DNA from: an uncultured virus (IMG/VR IMGVR_UViG_3300021961_000064)
Lineage: Duplodnaviria; Heunggongvirae; Uroviricota; Caudoviricetes
Direction: 5' to 3' (one strand)
IMG/VR virus record: IMGVR_UViG_3300021961_000064
Length of the DNA stretch: 64,000 nt
Shown: positions 26,234 to 35,200 of the stretch, piece by piece
Layout of the letters: each line of letters starts with the position of its first letter
How positions within the stretch are numbered: the stretch's first letter is position 1
The notes under the pieces: model-generated
Seen by the model: only the letters and a program-made list of their open reading frames with translations
Told to the model about the DNA's origin: nothing
Databases searched by the model: none
Position numbers and translations under genes: made by a program

Positions 26234-29200
26234 TTATTCTCCTAATTTTAACTTGAGTGTTTCGATTTCGGCTCTCATGGTATTTATAATCTGTTGTTGC
26301 TCCTTGACTGCCTCGATTAGGAGTGCGGTCATGTTGCCATATTCAACAGAGTACTCATCAACATCTGCAGCGTAGGTTACGACTTCAGGAATGATTGGCT
26401 CAACTTCTTGAGCGATCACACCCATCTTAACGCCTTCCTTACGTCCCTTAGCCTTAGTTAGATCCCACTCATAAGTTACACCGCGCAACGCGAGAACTTT
26501 TTCTAGAGCGTTTTCAATGGTATTAATATTGGTCTTGAGTCTAAGGTCAGATGCAGCGGTGATTGTTCCTGTTGCATAAATGTCACCAGAAACATAAAGT
26601 TCATACGTAGCGGAAGTGGTGGATCCTGTAACAGCAAGGCAATTGTTAGAGTAGCTGTAATATATGTTCCATCTTCCACCTGTTTGGTGATAGATACCAC
26701 CATTACCAGATCCATCAAACATGACATGTGGTAGGTTACCTGCGTTAAATGCAAGTCCATAATAACCACTTCTAGAACCTGTGCAATACCAAGGACAATA
26801 CGAAGTAGAAGTATTTACGTAGAAGTTTGCACCATTGGTGGCGTTGTAAATACCTGGATCAGTTCTCAACCAGTTAAAGGAGTAGTTATAGTTCGAACCA
26901 CCATTAATTTGGAATCTTACGGTATCGCTGTTATAGTCATTCTTAAATCTAATACCCTCATAACTTGAGTTAGCGGCAAGAGTGACGCCTGTGTGATACT
27001 GAAGAACCAAATCTGGAATAGCTCCAGACCATCCACCGGATTCCTGGAAACCAAATGCATATGGATAACTGGATCTTGCGTTACCACTATTAGATCCAGC
27101 GATTCCTGGGGTGAAGTATGCAGCGGTTAAACCTGCAGAACCGTCTCTGACTGCAACAGTACTGCCGCCACGGCCTGTTGAAGTGCCATATCCATCAACC
27201 GTATCCGCATCAAGACCAGATCCAGAACCATCGTTTCCGTCGTTCCACATCTTTCTCCAAGATGTGAATGATGATCCCCATGTTCCTCTGATATAGGTGA
27301 GAGAAGGATCACCAGCACCAACAACCATCTGCCAACCATAACGGTTTGAAGCGTTGGTATAGTGCATTGCCTGAACACCAACCCAGTGAGAAGTACCGGA
27401 AGGTTGGTTTGCTGGGTTAGACCAAGCATCAATGAATCCGGAACCATAATCAAAGAGGGTGTTGAGGTTTATGTTGCTCCAACCCATTACTCCAGTGAAG
27501 TAATTAGAGTCGGTGGTGAAGTCTCTTCTATCAGTATCATACTTACCACTAAGTCCAAGTTGAACCTTAATGGAGTTTCTGCTCAGATATCTTAGATATG
27601 CATCATTAGATGCTGTATATCTAACAGTTCCATTACCCCAATCGCCAAGTTCTCCAGAGGAACTATTAATAAAACCACACTGAATATATCCACTACCATC
27701 AGTTCTTACGACCCTATTTGCCTGATTGTTTACTCCGGTATGGAGTTGTAATCCATCAAGGAGATCAGCGTTTAGGTTAGTAACAACAGTTGAAGATGTA
27801 ACTGAAAGTGGTGCTGTACCATTTGCGACGTTAGAGATGAGTCTGGTTCCTGTTACGGTTCCAGAAACACTCATATTTCCACTGGTGTCTAGTGTGAATC
27901 TGTTAGATCCACCACTATTTCTCATGTAGAGGTTTGTTGTGTACTGTAGATAGAGGTTATTGGAATAAGCCTGAATCTTAAAGGATTTCTCACCAGACCA
28001 AGTTGAACCACTGCTCATTGTAATGTCGCCATTCGCGTTTAGCGTAATAGCACCACTGCCACCATTAAATGCAACATCTCCCGTGAATGTTGGAGTTGTG
28101 GTTAGGTTATAGGAAGAACCATTACCAATTAAAATTGCACCGGCAGATGGTAAGGCTTGTAATCCAGTACCACCTCTGGTGATAGGAATATTACCCTGAA
28201 TATTGTTGATGTCCAGGTAGTATGCAGGAGCATTACCACCGAATGTGGAAGCATCAACGTCACCGCCTCCGGCGGCACTCTTGATTTGAACTTCACCATC
28301 ACTACCAATTAAGAACGTGCTGTTCTTGAACTTGGAAACACCGAGAGTAGAATAAAGATCTACAGTTGTTTGAACTCTGTTTAGAGTTATATTTACATTT
28401 CCATAGTAAGTATTGATTCCAACACCACTAGGAGCAAAATCAACACTGGTTGCAGTTACACCAATTGGTTGAGTTGTACCAATACCAACAGACATTACGA
28501 CCTTCTGATATGAAGAGTCGCCTCTTAGGAATGTTTGGCTATTTGCAGTTCCATTACCAAGTCTTGAAGGAGCAATGATTCCACTGACAATGTTAGCAGC
28601 GTCTACAGTATTGGTTGCGAGTAGTGCCCAATTATTCTCATCAGTTGATGATGTGTTAACTGTAGATGTGTATGTAATATTCTGTTTCGTGAAGGAAACA
28701 ATTCCTGCGCCATTTACTGCTTCAATATCAATAGCATTATAAAGAAGACCATTAGCGGATAGTAAAGAATCGGATCTTGTTAGGTGTAAGGTGAACGTAT
28801 TGTCGGTTCTGGATCCAATAAAGTAGAATGAATCGGTTGTAATTCCAGTTGGTAGAGAACCAGGTGATGTTACCTGAACAGGATCGCCCTGAGCAAATCC
28901 GTGATTTACGAATGTAATTTGATCTGTTGATGTATTAATGCCAAGTCTGGTAAGAGTATGTGATCCAGTACCACTGCTTTGTAGATTTACTCTACTGGAT
29001 AGTGCGTAAGAATCATAAAGTTCTACAGAACTTAGTCCAACTTTCTTGACCCAATAAGTGTCAAGTAGAACTAGAGGTCCTACTTCATTACCCGTTGAGT
29101 AGTATCTTACTGCATCACCATCACCGAAGATAGAGTTATCTCCGATTACGATTCTATCATTAGTAAAGTCAACAGCGCCACCAACGTCAATGCCAGTACC

Positions 29201-32200
29201 AGTAAAGGTTGTTGTTACTGCAAGGCCAACGTTAGTAGAAATTGCAACAGCAGTATTATCAGAAATATAGTCGGGCAGAGATGTAGATCCTTGGAACTTC
29301 TGGTTGTTTGTTAGAGATACATAGAGTCTTGTTTCTACAGTTCCAACTCTTACTGTAAAGTCAGAACCACCACTTCTTCCTCCAATAGATGCAGGAGCAA
29401 CAGTGACATAATCGCCACCATTATAGTATCTACCACCAGTTTCAATAGCGACTTGAGAAACTGTTCCACCAGCACTAACTGTAATCGTTAGTGACATTCC
29501 AGTACCAATACCTGTTGTTCTTAGGGCTTGTACTCCACTATAGATACCTGCAGAAGTATATCCAGAACCACCAGCGAGTGTATTGAGGTTTAGAGCAACA
29601 CCCTTAACCAAACCAGTAGTACCATAACCAATATTTCCAGAGAAGTATGTTGGAGCCGTTATAATACCAACGGCGCCGCCCTGGGAAACAGTACCTCTGA
29701 TCGTATCTCCATTACTGAAATTATAAGTTCCAGAGTTATCCAGAATGATGTACTGGCTGATTAGATCACTAATCAATACATAAGCATTTGTTGGTTCAAC
29801 TACTGTATCACCACTCTGAATATCCGCCGCTGGAATTCTATTTGCTAGAGATGTCTTACCACCTTCATAGATTGTTCTATAGTAATTGACAACTTTTGGT
29901 GGAATTAGGTCAGCATTAATTTGACCGATAGAGTTCAACTGAACAACCGAGTTAGGAACTGCGTTTGTCGATACGGTCTTATCAATGAAGGATCCTAGTC
30001 TGTTGTTTAAGAAAGCTCTTACAGCTAACTGAGTAGAAACTCTCTTATCTTGTGGGCCACCAAGTTCATTATCTCCTAGGCCTGCGTCTACAGAGAATTC
30101 CTCAATCTGAACACCACCAGAGAGTGATAGTCGGATAGAATCCAGAGTACCAATCGTAACAGTGTTGTTAAAGATAATGTTACCAGTTCTGTTATACGCG
30201 GTAATGAAGTCACCGATCTTGAAGTCTCCAAGTTCGTTTGTACCAGAGGAGTAAACACGACCACCAAGTTCGGAAACCTGTTCAGAAGATGCAACTGTTC
30301 TACCACCATTCTGAGGTAAAGCGTTGTAGTCAATACCTGAACCAGAATATTCCCATGTATGTGAGGAAGAGTTAATGATGGATGGTCTATGGAAGTGAAG
30401 TTTGTAATCCTCTGGAAGATTAGCAATACCAGTAATTGTTGTACCAGGATCAGTAGAATCTACCTTGAATTCCAAACTCCAGTAGGTAGTGATGCCTGCT
30501 ACGTTTGTAACAGCGATTCCAATTGGAACTGGACTATGATCACTAATAACTCCATTAGAACCACCAGTAATCTGGAAGTTTCTTCTTATTCCTGCTGCCT
30601 CTTCAACAGAAAGAACAAGTTCTCTGGTTGTAGAGTTATAGGTATATGCATAACCTACGGCCTGACCACCAGAGACGTTCTGAGTAACTTCTCTACCAGA
30701 AACGAATCTAATGGTATCAGTTGTAGATGCAAGAGAAACTCTCTGATAGTTGTTGTGAGAATCAATGATTTCCTTAACGAAGAATTCTTGGTTATTCTTA
30801 GTAAAGGTATGAATACCAGTTGATACAGAAGTGAGGTCTACTAGTCTTGAGAAACTATCATCTTCATAAAGTTTGAAGCTGTTTGCATCAATATACTGTA
30901 CAAAATACTGGTTTTGGTTAACAAGTCCACCAATAATTCTAGGTGGAACCGCTTGTTCATCACCGAAGTAAACTACACTATCTCCTTGTGAGAATGGGTG
31001 TGCAGTAATATTAATTGTTTCAGTATTAGTATCAACACCAACTGCAGCATTAAACTCAGAAGTTACTAGAAGTGGTTTGAAGAGGTTGGTTGAGTCGTTA
31101 TTATTATTATCATAGAAACGACATACATATAGATCCTGATCACTTCTACCAACACCAACAACTCTTAGAGTCTGTAAACCACCAGAAGTACCAGTTGCAG
31201 CAATTCTGGAACGGTCGAAGATGAAGGAATTCTGACTGAATCCAGTAGATCTTAGAGCATAGAAACCGAAGTTAGTTGCAGAGTTGGTAATGGATAGATA
31301 ACCACCAGACTGTGCAAGTGAACCATATCTACAGAAGATTTGGAAACAAGAAACAACCTGTGAGTAACCATCGTTGATAACACGCCAACCAATACCACCG
31401 AAGGAAACCATGGTAAATGCCGCAGCAACCATGGACTTACCTTGTTCTGGTTGTACTAAGTCTGGGTTTATTTCAGCTTCTTCTGGAATAATTGGAATGT
31501 TTGGACTTAATACCTTAGATCCGTCAACCAACATTCCATTACCACCGAGGAACGATAGAATAGAACAGTTCTGGATATAAGGAGATCTGGTGATGATTGA
31601 TTTACCAGTCTTGACTGCATATCCTTCTCTTGATACAAATGGATCGGAAGGATCGTCAAATGCAACAGCGTTATCAAATGTATATTGTGGAACACCAGCA
31701 TCATCAACATAGTCCTTCATTGCAAATCCAGTTAGGTAGCAACCGTTTCTGACTCTTAGAAGGTCTTTGCCTGCATTTCCTGGTCGGATAATGGTATTTC
31801 TTAGGTTATCACCAAGAACAGCAACGTCTTCATAAAGGATAATTGGGTTGTCCTCAACATATTCACCAGCCTCAACGATAATTGCAACAGGAGTTGACTT
31901 AGCGGTTGGAGCAATGACTTCCGGAGCAGAAGTAGTACCAACACCAACGATTGTTGTAATAATTCCAACGAGGTTGCTGATTGTTGACTGAACGTTAGCG
32001 CAGCAAGATTCGTGGTATGAATTTGTGTATCCAGAACAGGTTACATCATAAACAACTTCAAAGTCAAAAGCTTGTCCTACTGTATTCTGGAAGTTTCCTG
32101 TTGGACTTACAACTACTGGAGCAGCATTTCCAAAGATTGCAGTTCCACCAGAGACGTAAGTGTGAGCAATTGTAGAAATACCAGCAGCAAATGTAATTAC

Positions 32201-35200
32201 ATTTCCGTCTACGGATGTTGCAGTGAATGTATCTCCGTATGGGCTAGAACCGTATGGATCTACTGGATATGGGAATGTGGTTGTTGTAATTCCTGGAGTT
32301 GCAGTTCCACCAGAGACGTAAGTGTGAGCGATAGTGGATACGCCACAGTTAACTACAATTTGAGCACCGAAAGTTCCATCTACACAACGGAATACATCAT
32401 AGGTTCCATATAGTGCATTGTTATTGTGTAGTGGAGTTGGGAAGATAGTTGTGGAAATTCCAGCATGTTCTGAATCACAGGAGAATTCGATTCCTTCAAG
32501 TTTTACAGTATCGTCTGGAGATAGTCCATGGTTTGCATCAAGAGTGATCGTGCAAATACCAACAACTTCATTATAATCAACATTAGTAATATTAATGTCG
32601 TTGGTGGTATAACTATCACAGGACATCGTTAGTCCAGAAAGTTTGAATCTAGATCCAGTTGTAATTCCTAGACTCGAATCTAAAGTTACAGTTGCAATAC
32701 CAGAAGTTGCTGTATACTCTAGTCCAGATACTGTAGTACTTGTTCCAGATCCAACGATAGAAGTTACAATACCAACTAGGTTTACAATTGCGGATTGTAC
32801 ACTTGCACAACAGTTTGAACTATATGCTGATGGACTGCAAGTAGAATCAAAAGCAATAGAACTATCAAATGCCTGTGATACAGTTCCTGCAACACCTGTC
32901 TGATAGTGTGTTGGAACTCCTACGTTGTTGATGACGTATGGAGAAATTTCATAGATGTATTGGAACGCAGCGATTGTTTCAGTTACTTCTCCACTTACGC
33001 TATTATTTGTACCAGTCCAATAAGAAACACCAGCTCCAACAGTCTTAGTATTACCACCGAATGATAGGTCGTATGAAACGGCCTCAATGATATGACCCAT
33101 GTCTCTTAGACACTTGGTTCTATCATAATCTGGATTTGATAGTAATGATGGATAAGTTGCGGTGATAAATCCTACAGCTTCTGCAGCGATAAAGTCTTTG
33201 TTTAGAAGTAGCAGGGTTCTTGCATCGTTATAAATGCCACTAGGACCAGCAACAGGAACGTTGTTAATTACATACTTAGATAGATTGACGATGTGATTAA
33301 ATCCAGCGATTGTTTCAGTCTTTTCACCATCAACATAGTTTGTACCAATTCCACTGTAGTATGCTAAACCTGCCTCAACAGATTTGGAGTTACCGTTATA
33401 AGTTAGGTCATACTCGATAGCATCAACGATGTAACCAACATCTCGTTTGCAAATTTCCCTATCCCAATCTAAAGCGGTAGAGAATCCAGGGAATGTTGCA
33501 GTAATAAATCCTACAACTTCTTCTTGGATGAATTCTCTGTTAGCTTTGAGTAGTTTCGCACCATCTAGATATTCTGCTCCAGGTAGAACGAATGATTCGA
33601 AAGATGCTAACTGAGCCGCACGCTTGAGTGTCTTAACTGGTTTTGTCTTACCGTCATCATTGTCATTACCATTAGCACCAGAAACATAAAGTCTATTTTC
33701 ATACAAACCACCTGGGTTTGTGGAGAATCCGAGATTACCGAATCCATCAACAATTAGAGACATACCATCTCTACCTGGGTTTGGTGGTAGAGTTAGTGTA
33801 TAGTTTGTCGCAATAGCAACTCTTGATTGTTGGAATGTTACTGTTTGATCTAGTCCAGTATAAGTATTAACTCCGACAAAACTTAATTCAGTTAGACTGG
33901 TGTCATTGAAAGTTTGAATTCCAGTGTAGTTTAGATTAGAACCGGTTAAGTTTGTAGCGATTCCAGAATCTACTTGTAAATCCTTAACACCGTGAATTGC
34001 ATCAAATCTTCCATCAATAGTCATTCCATCAGTTGTTGATGTTAGACCAACGGTTAGAATTCCTGTGAGTCTTCCATTTCCATCAACAATAAATGTTGTT
34101 TGACCAGCACCAATACGTACATTTCCTAAAGTAGCGATTCCAGTATACTCAATATTAGTACCAGAAAGCTCAGTAACAATACCAGAAGCAACTTCAATCT
34201 GGTTTAGAGTTGAAATACCAGGAACAACAAAGTTATTAACAGTTAGGTCAGAAGTAATGATAGTCCTTCTGGCAATAACAGTATCAAAACTACCAATTCC
34301 TGTAAAGTTTGCATTTTTACCTTTTAAGGAAGGAATTGTACTAATTCCCGATACAGAGTCTTCAAAATAGAAGTCTTGAGTTATTACAGCTCCTTCTTCA
34401 TAAGTAAATACATATTCACTGACTCTTCTAAAGACATAAGATTGTGTCTGAATTCCAACGTTTGTAGCTGCCTGGGAAAGTGTAATCGAACTTACACCAA
34501 TTCCAGCAACTGTTGTTCCAGCGAGAATGTATGTTGGTGCAATAATTACATGACCGATATCAATATTTGCCGTTGCAATACCTGTGATAGTACTTACACC
34601 AGTTGACGCTAAAGTACCTTGGTAGATACTTTCACCATATGGTTCGGAACTTGCTACAGAAACAGTTACCGATCCAATACCGATACTGATAACGGTGACT
34701 CCGGATCCAACATACTCACCACTTACCGCAGAACCTACGCGAATATTGTTAGTTGTTACTCCAGCAATCTTATCTCCATTAATCGTTTCAATATAACCAT
34801 TCGTTGTTTGGATTGGTACGGTGTTTAGAGCAAATCTGCTAATTTCAACACTACTATTTCCGATAGATACAACTTCTGTTCCTGTAGGCAGATATTCGTT
34901 TGTTACGGCATAACCTACTTGAACACCATCAGTAGCAACGCCACTAATGTAATTAGTATTTCCTACAGCAAGTGTTCCTTGATATACTACTGAAAGAGGA
35001 TTGTTTACAACGATTCTCTGTAGAGCATTAATCTCTGTAGCGGTAAGATGCTCGATTCCACTTACACTAGAGTTACCACCATTCAGTGTAATGGAAGAAA
35101 CTCCAACAGTAAGAATTCCGGTTACTCTTGCATTTCCTGTTACGTCTAGATTAATAGTACTTCTCGAAGCACTTTCAAATGTCTGTAGAGGAACTACTTC

